From the IMG/VR virus record IMGVR_UViG_3300034071_001628: 64,000 nt of DNA. The stretch is one strand, 5' to 3'. The stretch comes from an uncultured virus (IMG/VR IMGVR_UViG_3300034071_001628). Taxonomy: Duplodnaviria > Heunggongvirae > Uroviricota > Caudoviricetes. The notes under the pieces were generated by a model. It did no database searches and had not been told where the DNA came from. It was given only the letters and a program-made list of their open reading frames with translations. Made by a program: the position numbers and the translations under genes. Shown here in pieces: positions 26,861 through 34,063 of the stretch (position 1 is its first letter; each line of letters opens with the position of its first letter).

Positions 26861-27445
26861 ATGCTCAACACCCTGCAAGTCGCTGCCCAACTGAAGGTAA
26901 CTAACTTCGCTGCGTTCGCCAAACCTGGGAAGAACAAAGGATCCCGTGGGCAACTGATTGAAACTGCCCTGGGCATTCCTAACAGTTCCAACCTGAAAGA
27001 TCTGGTGGATGGAGAACTGAAGACCTTCACGGTTGGTGAGTCTATCGCTGTCACCCAACTGAAGCATTGCCTCTCTGAGATTCTGGAGGATAGTGTTAGT
27101 TTCGCTGACAGCAAAGTCGGTGAGAAACTCTCTCAAACCATCTACGTTGGTTTCACCCGCTCCAACGATTATGTGGGCACTGAGGTTCTGAACCCTGAAA
27201 CTCACCCCGAACACTATCAGGAACTGGCGGAGGATTACAACCACATTTGTGATACCATTCGTGCTAAGTTCAATGCTGGTGAGCAACTGAGCACCATCAC
27301 TGGTCCTAACGGACTGCTGCAAATTCGCACCAAAGCATCTAAAACTAACGGCGCCTATGTTCCTCTCACCTTTGCAGGTTGCACCCTGAAAGATAAAGGA
27401 ATGGCATTCTACCTGTGTGGCAAGTTCGGCAAAGAGGTGCTGTGA
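26861..27445 (+). CDS. MutH/Sau3AI-family endonuclease
   Basis: NKG..GQLIE..LG...D...ELKT, LLQIRTKA, AFYL. Confidence 0.8.
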   Translation: MLNTLQVAAQLKVTNFAAFAKPGKNKGSRGQLIETALGIPNSSNLKDLVDGELKTFTVGESIAVTQLKHCLSEILEDSVSFADSKVGEKLSQTIYVGFTRSNDYVGTEVLNPETHPEHYQELAEDYNHICDTIRAKFNAGEQLSTITGPNGLLQIRTKASKTNGAYVPLTFAGCTLKDKGMAFYLCGKFGKEVL

Positions 27446-27602
27446 CAGTTCAGAATGTGGCACACACCCCATAGACCTGCCCCCTCTGCCGTGCCATACT
27501 ATGTTCAACAAGGGGAGGAACGGCGGGGGCAACCCCACAGACCCCTTGACCCCGTAGGCGGGAGGTCACGGACCCGCCACCCCAAAGTCTTTCAACTGAC
27601 CC

Positions 27603-27746
27603 ATGGCACTGACCCGCTACGAAGTCCGCTACCAGGTCCCCTACAACCACTGTGAGTGGCGGTCGCAATGGTTCCCCACCCTGGCAGAGGCGGAACGTAT
27701 GGTAGAATTCTACCGTTCCTGTGGTTCCCCTGCTCACATCGCATGA
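27603..27746 (+). CDS. hypothetical protein (47 aa, MALTRYEVRYQ...)
   Basis: Read by hand after the structured leader. Confidence 0.6.
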   Translation: MALTRYEVRYQVPYNHCEWRSQWFPTLAEAERMVEFYRSCGSPAHIA

Positions 27747-27910
27747 TCCGCTCCCTGACCCGTTCCCGTTCCCCTGAGTTCCACCGTGCTACCATGCTTC
27801 GCCTGACCGTTGCCGCTCTGCTGCTCTGGATACTATGGGAACCGATTCGCCCCGTCCGCCATGTGACAGCTCAGGCACTGTACACTGCAGGCGACCTGAT
27901 CGCCCGCTGA
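27743..27910 (+). CDS. small membrane protein
   Basis: ATGA coupling; LTVAALLLWILW segment. Confidence 0.55.
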   Translation: MIRSLTRSRSPEFHRATMLRLTVAALLLWILWEPIRPVRHVTAQALYTAGDLIAR

Positions 27911-27943
27911 CCCGCTACAATACTCTCAGTTCAAAGGAACCCC

Positions 27944-28102
27944 ATGACCGAACTGCTTGCCATTCTCATCCCTGGAGCCCTGGTGATCGGTTTGCCCTTT
28001 GCAATCGCCAAACTTCTTAAGATCCGCCTGTTCACCAAAGATGACGGATACACAGCAGGATGGGTTGATGGGTTCATTCTGGGGGAGGATGAGGACACCT
28101 GA
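27944..28102 (+). CDS. small membrane protein (52 aa)
   Basis: Own promoter; hydrophobic N-terminus. Confidence 0.6.
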   Translation: MTELLAILIPGALVIGLPFAIAKLLKIRLFTKDDGYTAGWVDGFILGEDEDT

Positions 28103-28171
28103 GGCACTGTCCACTCCCTGCCCCAAAGGGCACCGCTGACCCCTTACAATACTCTCAACCGCAAGGCACCC

Positions 28172-28387
28172 ATGAGCAAGCGTTACCCCTGGATTGAGGA
28201 CCTCAGCACCCCGCAGATGGTGGCTCTGGCAGGTATCCTGATCGTTGGCGTCGCTGGCGTCGTTGCCCTGAAAGCGTGGCTCCTGGTGCTGGTGCTGGGG
28301 TGGTTTGGAATCACCGCCCTGGGCTTTTGGAAGGCGGTTGTGGCAGTTGTCCTACTGGACCTGCTGCTAGCCGCTGCCCGCCGCTGA
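28172..28387 (+). CDS. hydrophobic membrane protein
   Basis: Own promoter; two to three hydrophobic segments. Confidence 0.7.
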   Translation: MSKRYPWIEDLSTPQMVALAGILIVGVAGVVALKAWLLVLVLGWFGITALGFWKAVVAVVLLDLLLAAARR

Positions 28388-28420
28388 CCTGCTACAATAC
28401 TCTCAGTTCGAAGGAACCCC

Positions 28421-28660
28421 ATGATCGTTCAACAGATCGGCAGCAACCAGACTGAGGTTCAACTGGCAGACGGGACCTGCATCCTGTTCTCCTACGTGAC
28501 TCCCGTTGCCGCCCTGGTGCCTGGCAAGGGTTGGATCCGCACCGCCCAGCAGTGGAGCGCCACCACCAGCAAGCACATCAACGCATGGTTGCGGAAGAAC
28601 TGCGGGGGCACCGTCCAGACTGTGCCACAATGGGATCTGGACCAACTGGTGGCATTCTGA
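28421..28660 (+). CDS. conserved hypothetical phage protein
   Basis: LFSY.TPVAA...WSATTSKHINAWL. Confidence 0.75.
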   Translation: MIVQQIGSNQTEVQLADGTCILFSYVTPVAALVPGKGWIRTAQQWSATTSKHINAWLRKNCGGTVQTVPQWDLDQLVAF

Positions 28661-28702
28661 GGGGTGCCACCCCCTATAATAGGATCAACCGCAACGGACC
28701 CT

Positions 28703-28891
28703 ATGGAGATCACCATCAGCCAGGAGACCTACGCCGTGATCCACCGCCTGATGAGCATTGGCATGGATCAGGTCCTGGACGACCCCCAGACTGGTCCTGA
28801 GACGATGGGCCGCGTCCTGGATCACGTTACCCTGTTCAGTGCCTGGAACCGTGTGACACTTGAGGAACTGGAACAGCAGGCAGGATTCTGA
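28703..28891 (+). CDS. hypothetical protein
   Basis: Start after promoter -10 at 28675. Confidence 0.65.
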   Translation: MEITISQETYAVIHRLMSIGMDQVLDDPQTGPETMGRVLDHVTLFSAWNRVTLEELEQQAGF

Positions 28892-28931
28892 CCCCCTGAC
28901 CCCCTACAATACTCTCAGTTCAGACAACCCC

Positions 28932-29108
28932 ATGACCTACGCCCAGATCACCGCCTCCGAACTCTCCGCCTCTGAGGCACGGGTCGCCATCTTTGACCTG
29001 GCAGACGACTTCTCCTGGGAGACCGTCGCCCGTGAGATGATCTCCCGCATGTCAGGCGATGAGGCGCGGGAGTTTGTGGAGGACTTCATCTCCCTCTATG
29101 CCGATTGA
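28932..29108 (+). CDS. small acidic protein
   Basis: Start after promoter -10 at 28905. Confidence 0.65.
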   Translation: MTYAQITASELSASEARVAIFDLADDFSWETVAREMISRMSGDEAREFVEDFISLYAD

Positions 29109-29181
29109 GGCACTGGCACACGGGGGGCACCAACCCCCCACCTCCATCCCCTACAATACTCTCAGTTCAAACGACCCGCCC

Positions 29182-29364
29182 ATGAAAGTCTATGCTGTGA
29201 TCGGTGGTTGGGATTATGAAGGCACCGACTTCGATTCCCTGCGCCTGTTCGATTGCCGCTCCACCGCTGAGGATTATGAACTGGAGCTGCAGCGGGGTCT
29301 CTATGATTACTCCCGCCTGGAAGTGCGGGAGGTCTGCCTGGAATCCGCCCTCTGTGCCGCCTGA
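29182..29364 (+). CDS. small acidic protein
   Basis: MKVYAVIGGWDYEG...; -10 at 29152. Confidence 0.65.
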   Translation: MKVYAVIGGWDYEGTDFDSLRLFDCRSTAEDYELELQRGLYDYSRLEVREVCLESALCAA

Positions 29365-29433
29365 GGCACTGGCACAATGTCCTGAGCACCGACCCTAAAC
29401 TGCTCTACAATATTCTCAGTTCAAACGAACCCC

Positions 29434-29610
29434 ATGCGCTACAACCCCGCCACCGACCGCGCCCTGAGCATTGATGAGATTGCCGCCCAGTGCCGCGCTG
29501 CCATCCTGAAAGCGGATGAGCGCCGCTACGTTGATCAGGTTGCCGATCGGATCTACGATGAGATTCTGACCACTGCCCGCTGGGAGGATGACCTGCTGAT
29601 CGCTGCCTGA
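29434..29610 (+). CDS. hypothetical protein (58 aa, MRYNPATDRAL...)
   Basis: Read by hand; -10 at 29406. Confidence 0.6.
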   Translation: MRYNPATDRALSIDEIAAQCRAAILKADERRYVDQVADRIYDEILTTARWEDDLLIAA

Positions 29611-29673
29611 TACAATGGGAGCGGGTGCGCCCTGAAAGACACCCACACCAAACCACACTGATTCAAACGACCC

Positions 29674-29817
29674 ATGACCCTTGACCTTGCCCTCTCCCTG
29701 CTCCGCCAGGGTCGCAACGGTTCCCAGATTCTGAGCATCCTGGACGGACTGGCAGACGGCCAACGCATCGCCCAGGAGGGTGACGCCGAACCGACTGCCG
29801 AACCCATCCAATTCTGA
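29674..29817 (+). CDS. hypothetical protein (47 aa, MTLDLALSLLRQG...)
   Basis: Read by hand; same CAAACGACCCATG leader as neighbours. Confidence 0.6.
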   Translation: MTLDLALSLLRQGRNGSQILSILDGLADGQRIAQEGDAEPTAEPIQF

Positions 29818-29885
29818 ATCTGACCACTGCCCCCCACGGTTCGCCGCTGGGGGTCTTATACTATGGGGACACAAGCAAACGACCC

Positions 29886-30053
29886 ATGACCCGCTACGAC
29901 GTGATCTGCCCCTCCGCTCCCTGGGAGAACACCACCACCGATGAGGACCGCGCCTGGGACCTCTGCCTCTCCCTGTCTGAGGAATTCGGTTACGCCCAGG
30001 TCCGCCACAATGAGACGGGCATCATCATCGGAGACTACACCAACGGGCAGTGA
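29886..30053 (+). CDS. hypothetical protein (55 aa, MTRYDVICPSAPWE...)
   Basis: Read by hand; TATACT at 29857. Confidence 0.6.
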   Translation: MTRYDVICPSAPWENTTTDEDRAWDLCLSLSEEFGYAQVRHNETGIIIGDYTNGQ

Positions 30054-30093
30054 GCCCCCGACCTGCTACAATACTCTCAAAGCAACCGACCCG

Positions 30094-30300
30094 ATGCGCT
30101 ACCCCATCAACTGCAACGATTCCACCAGCGTCTGGAGCCTGAGCGCCAACCCCATCACGGGCAGCGTTCGCGTCCGCTGGTTCAACAGCCCCACGACCTG
30201 CTACCGCTACGTGGCATCGCGCCGTGAGATTCTGTCGCTCCTGTGGAACAGCAAGGGCAGCAAGGGTCAATGGATCAACTGGCACTGCCTGCCCGCCTGA
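30094..30300 (+). CDS. KTSC-like domain protein
   Basis: ST.V..L.......V.V.W.....Y.Y......L......SKG.WIN pattern. Confidence 0.5.
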   Translation: MRYPINCNDSTSVWSLSANPITGSVRVRWFNSPTTCYRYVASRREILSLLWNSKGSKGQWINWHCLPA

Positions 30301-30344
30301 TGGCCGCGGCGACCCTGTAGAATACTCTCAACCGCAACGGACCC

Positions 30345-30692
30345 ATGCTGCTCACCTCAGGACAGAAGCAACGCCCCCGCCTCGCCCAGCAGGTCTATCG
30401 CTTCATGCTGGATCAGGAACCGCTCCTGGGCGCTGCTACCGTCACCGTCCATCATCGCCGCCTGAACGCTGAGGGTGTGGTGGGGTGGCAGCAGCAGGAG
30501 GATGCTCATGAGTTCCTGATTGATGTTGAGCGCGACCTGCCCCATCTGGAGTATGTCACCACCCTGATCCATGAGTTGATTCACTGCCGCCAATCCCTGG
30601 AGGGCAACCACGACGACGACGCCCGCGAATCCGAAGCGTACCGCCTGGAGCAGGTCTACGCCGACCGCTACTGTGCCTGGTGTGCCGTCTGA
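30345..30692 (+). CDS. HExxH zincin-like protein
   Basis: TTLIHELIHCRQ...RESEAYRLE. Confidence 0.7.
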   Translation: MLLTSGQKQRPRLAQQVYRFMLDQEPLLGAATVTVHHRRLNAEGVVGWQQQEDAHEFLIDVERDLPHLEYVTTLIHELIHCRQSLEGNHDDDARESEAYRLEQVYADRYCAWCAV

Positions 30693-30731
30693 CCCCGTGC
30701 TACAATTCTCTCAGTTCAACCAACCGACCCG

Positions 30732-30920
30732 ATGAACGCCACATTCTCCGACATCCTCTGGAACTGCACCGACCCCAGCAACGGGACCATCCCCTGGAGC
30801 ACCGCCTGCCAGGCAGCAAAGGAGCACGGTCTGTGGGATGACTTCCGCACCGACTATGGGGTGACCGCCCGCTTCGGTCCTGTCGATACGGGTGAGTTCC
30901 TGGTGTGGTTGGGGTATTGA
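30732..30920 (+). CDS. hypothetical protein ending WLGY
   Basis: Own promoter (TACAAT 30701). Confidence 0.65.
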   Translation: MNATFSDILWNCTDPSNGTIPWSTACQAAKEHGLWDDFRTDYGVTARFGPVDTGEFLVWLGY

Positions 30921-30981
30921 CCCCTACCCCGTTCGTGTGCCACGGTACGTGCTACACTATCAGCAGTTCAACCGACACCCC

Positions 30982-31173
30982 ATGACCATCTTCCCGCTCG
31001 CCATGTGCTCTGACCTGGAGACCCGCCAAATCAAATGGATCTCCCGCGCTGACCAGTTGAAGAACGGTTCCCGCCCCTCCTCCTACATTCACTGGGGACT
31101 GCCCGCCACCACCATCGCCGCCCAGTACGCTGAGGCACACGCTGATGAGGGGCGGGGGGTGCAGTGGCGGTGA
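30982..31173 (+). CDS. hypothetical protein
   Basis: Start after TACACT at 30953. Confidence 0.6.
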   Translation: MTIFPLAMCSDLETRQIKWISRADQLKNGSRPSSYIHWGLPATTIAAQYAEAHADEGRGVQWR

Positions 31174-31260
31174 CGCCCCCCTGTGCGTTCGTGCGTGGGG
31201 CAGCAGTCCCCCTGCGCGGGGGGTGCGCCCTCGCGGGCGCGTTAAGCGTTACCCCCCCCC
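31149..31260. other. GC-rich multi-hairpin element at the composition boundary
   Basis: Stems at 31175-31201, 31208-31223, 31225-31240; C9 run at 31252-31260. Confidence 0.7.
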
Positions 31261-31360
31261 TATATAAAATCAATGGGTCCCCCTAACCTACAAAACTTTG
31301 AAAACGCGAGAGATCTATCGATTCCTATATAAATGAAAATTAGGAATCAATTTACATGAG

Positions 31361-31540
31361 ATGAAAAAAAATTTCGCGGAAAATTTTCAGTCTGTACAGG
31401 TCGATCCAATTACGGGAGAATATTATATCACTTTACCAGAATCTGTAGTTAATGAATTGGAGTGGTATGAAGATACTTCTGTAAGATTAACTATCGAAGG
31501 GAATGAGTTAATCATTACAGAAGACGCAAAAAATGGCTAA
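31361..31540 (+). CDS. small AbrB/SpoVT-like DNA-binding protein (59 aa)
   Basis: Read by hand: GEYYITLPESVVNELEWYEDTSVRLTIEGNELII. Confidence 0.65.
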   Translation: MKKNFAENFQSVQVDPITGEYYITLPESVVNELEWYEDTSVRLTIEGNELIITEDAKNG

Positions 31541-31709
31541 TCTAAAAAGATATCGTATCTACGCTAAGGATAAGTGTTTGTTTGATTCGGTGGCGGAAGA
31601 GGACTTTTCTTCAACTTGGAGTACCTTAACACATATGGTCGGATTGATTCAAACAGAGTATAATGTAGAGGACTTAAGTTATGAAGAATTCACAATCTCT
31701 TCTCATTGA
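31533..31709 (+). CDS. hypothetical protein (58 aa, MANLKRYRIYAKDKCLF...)
   Basis: Read by hand; resembles 32518-32721. Confidence 0.6.
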   Translation: MANLKRYRIYAKDKCLFDSVAEEDFSSTWSTLTHMVGLIQTEYNVEDLSYEEFTISSH

Positions 31710-31734
31710 CAGTCTCTATATAATATGTTATGAT
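31706..31734 (+). promoter_or_regulatory. sigma70 promoter
   Basis: TTGACA-17 bp-TATGAT with TGn. Confidence 0.75.
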
Positions 31735-31757
31735 TCGATTGAAAACTCAACACAATT

Positions 31758-32513
31758 ATGGCTAAAGGATTCACAGTAAAAGCAAAAACACCTGTTAAGT
31801 CTCAAGAACCTGAGTGGGATTATGATAAGGCAAAAGAACTAGTCAGAGGTAAAACCGTAGTCTTTTGTCTGCCTGGACGTGGGGTATCTTATATCTTTCT
31901 GAAAGCATTTGTACAACTCTGTTTCGATCTTGTACAAGCAGGTGCAAGTATTCAAATTTCCCAAGACTACAGTTCAATGGTGAATTTCGCCCGCTGTAAG
32001 TGTCTTGGTGCAAACGTTCTTCGTGGTCCAGACCAACTTCCTTGGGATGGAAAACTACAATATGATTGGCAACTTTGGATTGACTCTGATATTGTCTTCA
32101 ATACAGAGAAGTTCTATCAACTCGTTCTGATGGAGCAAGATATCGCTGCTGGTTGGTATTGTACTGAAGATGGTCACACTACATCAGTTGCACATTGGCT
32201 GGAAGAAGATGACTTCCGCTCCAATGGTGGCGTGATGAATCATGAAACTCTTGACAGCATTCAAAAGCGTCGTAGTCCCTTCACTGTTGATTACACTGGT
32301 TTCGGATGGTTGCTGATTAAGCACGGTGTCTTTGAGCACCCTGAAATGAAGTATCCCTGGTTCGCACCCAAGATGCAAGTCTTCGAATCAGGAGAAGTGC
32401 AGGATATGTGCGGTGAGGACGTTTCATTCTGTCTAGATGCAAAAGAGGCAGGATTTGAAATCTGGTGTGATCCTCGTATTCGTGTTGGCCATGAAAAATC
32501 CCGCATCATCTGA
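31758..32513 (+). CDS. GT-A fold glycosyltransferase-like protein
   Basis: WIDSDIVF (DxD), TGFGWLLIK, GEDVSFC, RVGHEK. Confidence 0.75.
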   Translation: MAKGFTVKAKTPVKSQEPEWDYDKAKELVRGKTVVFCLPGRGVSYIFLKAFVQLCFDLVQAGASIQISQDYSSMVNFARCKCLGANVLRGPDQLPWDGKLQYDWQLWIDSDIVFNTEKFYQLVLMEQDIAAGWYCTEDGHTTSVAHWLEEDDFRSNGGVMNHETLDSIQKRRSPFTVDYTGFGWLLIKHGVFEHPEMKYPWFAPKMQVFESGEVQDMCGEDVSFCLDAKEAGFEIWCDPRIRVGHEKSRII

Positions 32514-32517
32514 TACA

Positions 32518-32721
32518 ATGGAAGAAACTTACGAAACTTACAATATACTTTGTAAAGGTCGTAAGATTTACTCAGACCTCACAGAGGAAGAGTACTTCGA
32601 TATTATGGAGGGCCTGGCGATTCAATTCTATCAGACAGGTTCTCCAAGTCCCGACGAACTTGAAACTGAAATTATAGGAGTCACACGATATGGCAAAACC
32701 CAAAGTAGGCGGATTAAGTAA
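32518..32721 (+). CDS. hypothetical phage protein
   Basis: ORF MEETYETYNILCKG... Confidence 0.65.
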   Translation: MEETYETYNILCKGRKIYSDLTEEEYFDIMEGLAIQFYQTGSPSPDELETEIIGVTRYGKTQSRRIK

Positions 32722-32845
32722 AGGTAAGACTTATATTCCAGGTCCTCCTAAAAGATCTCGGCAAGGACAAGGTGGAGGAACTAAATATGCCGCTACCTCG
32801 CGTAACTCGGCTCGTAAAAAGTATAGAGGACAAGGAAAAGGATGA
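32690..32845 (+). CDS. small basic protein ending KKYRGQGKG (51 aa)
   Basis: Read by hand; AGGAG RBS. Confidence 0.7.
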   Translation: MAKPKVGGLSKGKTYIPGPPKRSRQGQGGGTKYAATSRNSARKKYRGQGKG

Positions 32846-33348
32846 AACAACTCCTCTTTATCTCGGAAGATAAGGAAAAGTCTTTAATTCAGGAGATGAC
32901 CTATAGACTCAAAATGGCAAATTTAGACATTCATCCGTCTAATACTTGCTTTCTAATGGTCTCTCCTGACTACTCAGCAATCGTTACACAACATCTCTCT
33001 CATTCATTGACCATGGATGGGGAGATTTTTCATATTGAAGCAGTTAATGTACCTTTCCCTGATGAAGAGGTACGTGATTATAAGTTAGAATTTACTCAAA
33101 ACTTCATGAAATGGCAGACAAGATGGGATAATTTCGTCTTGATTGAAGCAGGAGTCATTCGTGGAGGTAATTATACCTGGATTACAGAGATCATGAGTCG
33201 TATGACAGGTGGAAACATCTATACAGTTGCCCTCTGTGAGAACGTTCATAGTGCTTTCAAGAGTGATTTTGTCAGTTTGTACTATGACGACACTGTAGAG
33301 GACCTTCATTTTTGGTGGGAGCAACCAAATAACCACTGGAAATCGTAA
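32842..33348 (+). CDS. hypothetical protein, possibly phosphoribosyltransferase-like fold
   Basis: FVLIEAGVIRGGN resembles a degenerate PRPP-binding loop; fold call weak. Confidence 0.5.
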   Translation: MKQLLFISEDKEKSLIQEMTYRLKMANLDIHPSNTCFLMVSPDYSAIVTQHLSHSLTMDGEIFHIEAVNVPFPDEEVRDYKLEFTQNFMKWQTRWDNFVLIEAGVIRGGNYTWITEIMSRMTGGNIYTVALCENVHSAFKSDFVSLYYDDTVEDLHFWWEQPNNHWKS

Positions 33349-33393
33349 ATAAATACATTTTTTGTTGCTAAAACTGAATTGGAACACTTTTCG

Positions 33394-33720
33394 ATGGGCA
33401 AGCACCTGCTGTTAGAGGTGCATGGTGTTGATTTCTCTCTTTTAAATGATGTTACTTCACTCCAAAATGCGATGGAGAGTGGAGTAAAGAGAGCAAAAAT
33501 GACAATTTTAAACATTTTTTCACATTGTTTCCTTCCACAAGGATGTACGGTCGTGATTGCCCTATCAGAAAGTCATGTTTCTTGCCATACTTGGCCAGAA
33601 AATGGGTGCATTGCTGTAGATGTCTATACTTGTGGTGAAGGAAACCCAAAATTAATTGCTTTAGAGATTTTAAAATACTTAAATTCGGATGATTATAAGA
33701 TTAGAGAGATAGATCGTTAA
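33394..33720 (+). CDS. speD: S-adenosylmethionine decarboxylase proenzyme
   Basis: MGKHLL...LSESHVSCHTWPE...DVYTCG. Confidence 0.92.
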   Translation: MGKHLLLEVHGVDFSLLNDVTSLQNAMESGVKRAKMTILNIFSHCFLPQGCTVVIALSESHVSCHTWPENGCIAVDVYTCGEGNPKLIALEILKYLNSDDYKIREIDR

Positions 33721-33787
33721 ATAAAAACAAGGAGATAGCAACCTCCTTTATAAAAGTTCTGTTTTATTCATTAAAACAGGAGCTAAA

Positions 33788-34033
33788 ATGTCAAATCTAC
33801 CAGTAGATAGAGACGAAAATTACATGTACCACATGTGGGGTACAACTAAATTGGTTACAGATTATTCTTCAACTGAAAAACCAAAAGTCATTCAAGAAAT
33901 TATGCATGATGAACTTGGAAAAAAACATCATCTTAAAGAACAGAGTGATTTACATAAGAAAATTCGAAATGATGAAAGTTACGATGATTGGGAATATGGA
34001 ACAGAACCAAACTATGGTTCTCCCTGGCAATAG
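33788..34033 (+). CDS. hypothetical phage protein
   Basis: 81-aa ORF, AGGAG RBS. Confidence 0.7.
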   Translation: MSNLPVDRDENYMYHMWGTTKLVTDYSSTEKPKVIQEIMHDELGKKHHLKEQSDLHKKIRNDESYDDWEYGTEPNYGSPWQ

Positions 34034-34034
34034 G

Positions 34035-34042
34035 TATAAATA
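34035..34042 (+). promoter_or_regulatory. T4-type late promoter
   Basis: TATAAATA upstream of gp25. Confidence 0.8.
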
Positions 34043-34063
34043 AAGTGAAGAAATAATCATTAA

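Noticed and set aside
25766..27538. Minus-strand ORFs of 249, 135 and 230 aa
   Set aside because: Shadows of the ligase-fold and MutH-like genes, favoured by higher GC and biased codon use.
27455..27655. 66-aa + strand ORF across the promoter and leader
   Set aside because: Starts inside the dyad, upstream of the predicted TSS; the ORF at 27603 fits the cassette pattern better.
23334..29411. Recurring 24-bp dyad read as a CRISPR array or integron attC sites
   Set aside because: Copies are degenerate, separated by whole genes of variable length and always tied to a -10 box; no cas or integrase gene is in the window.
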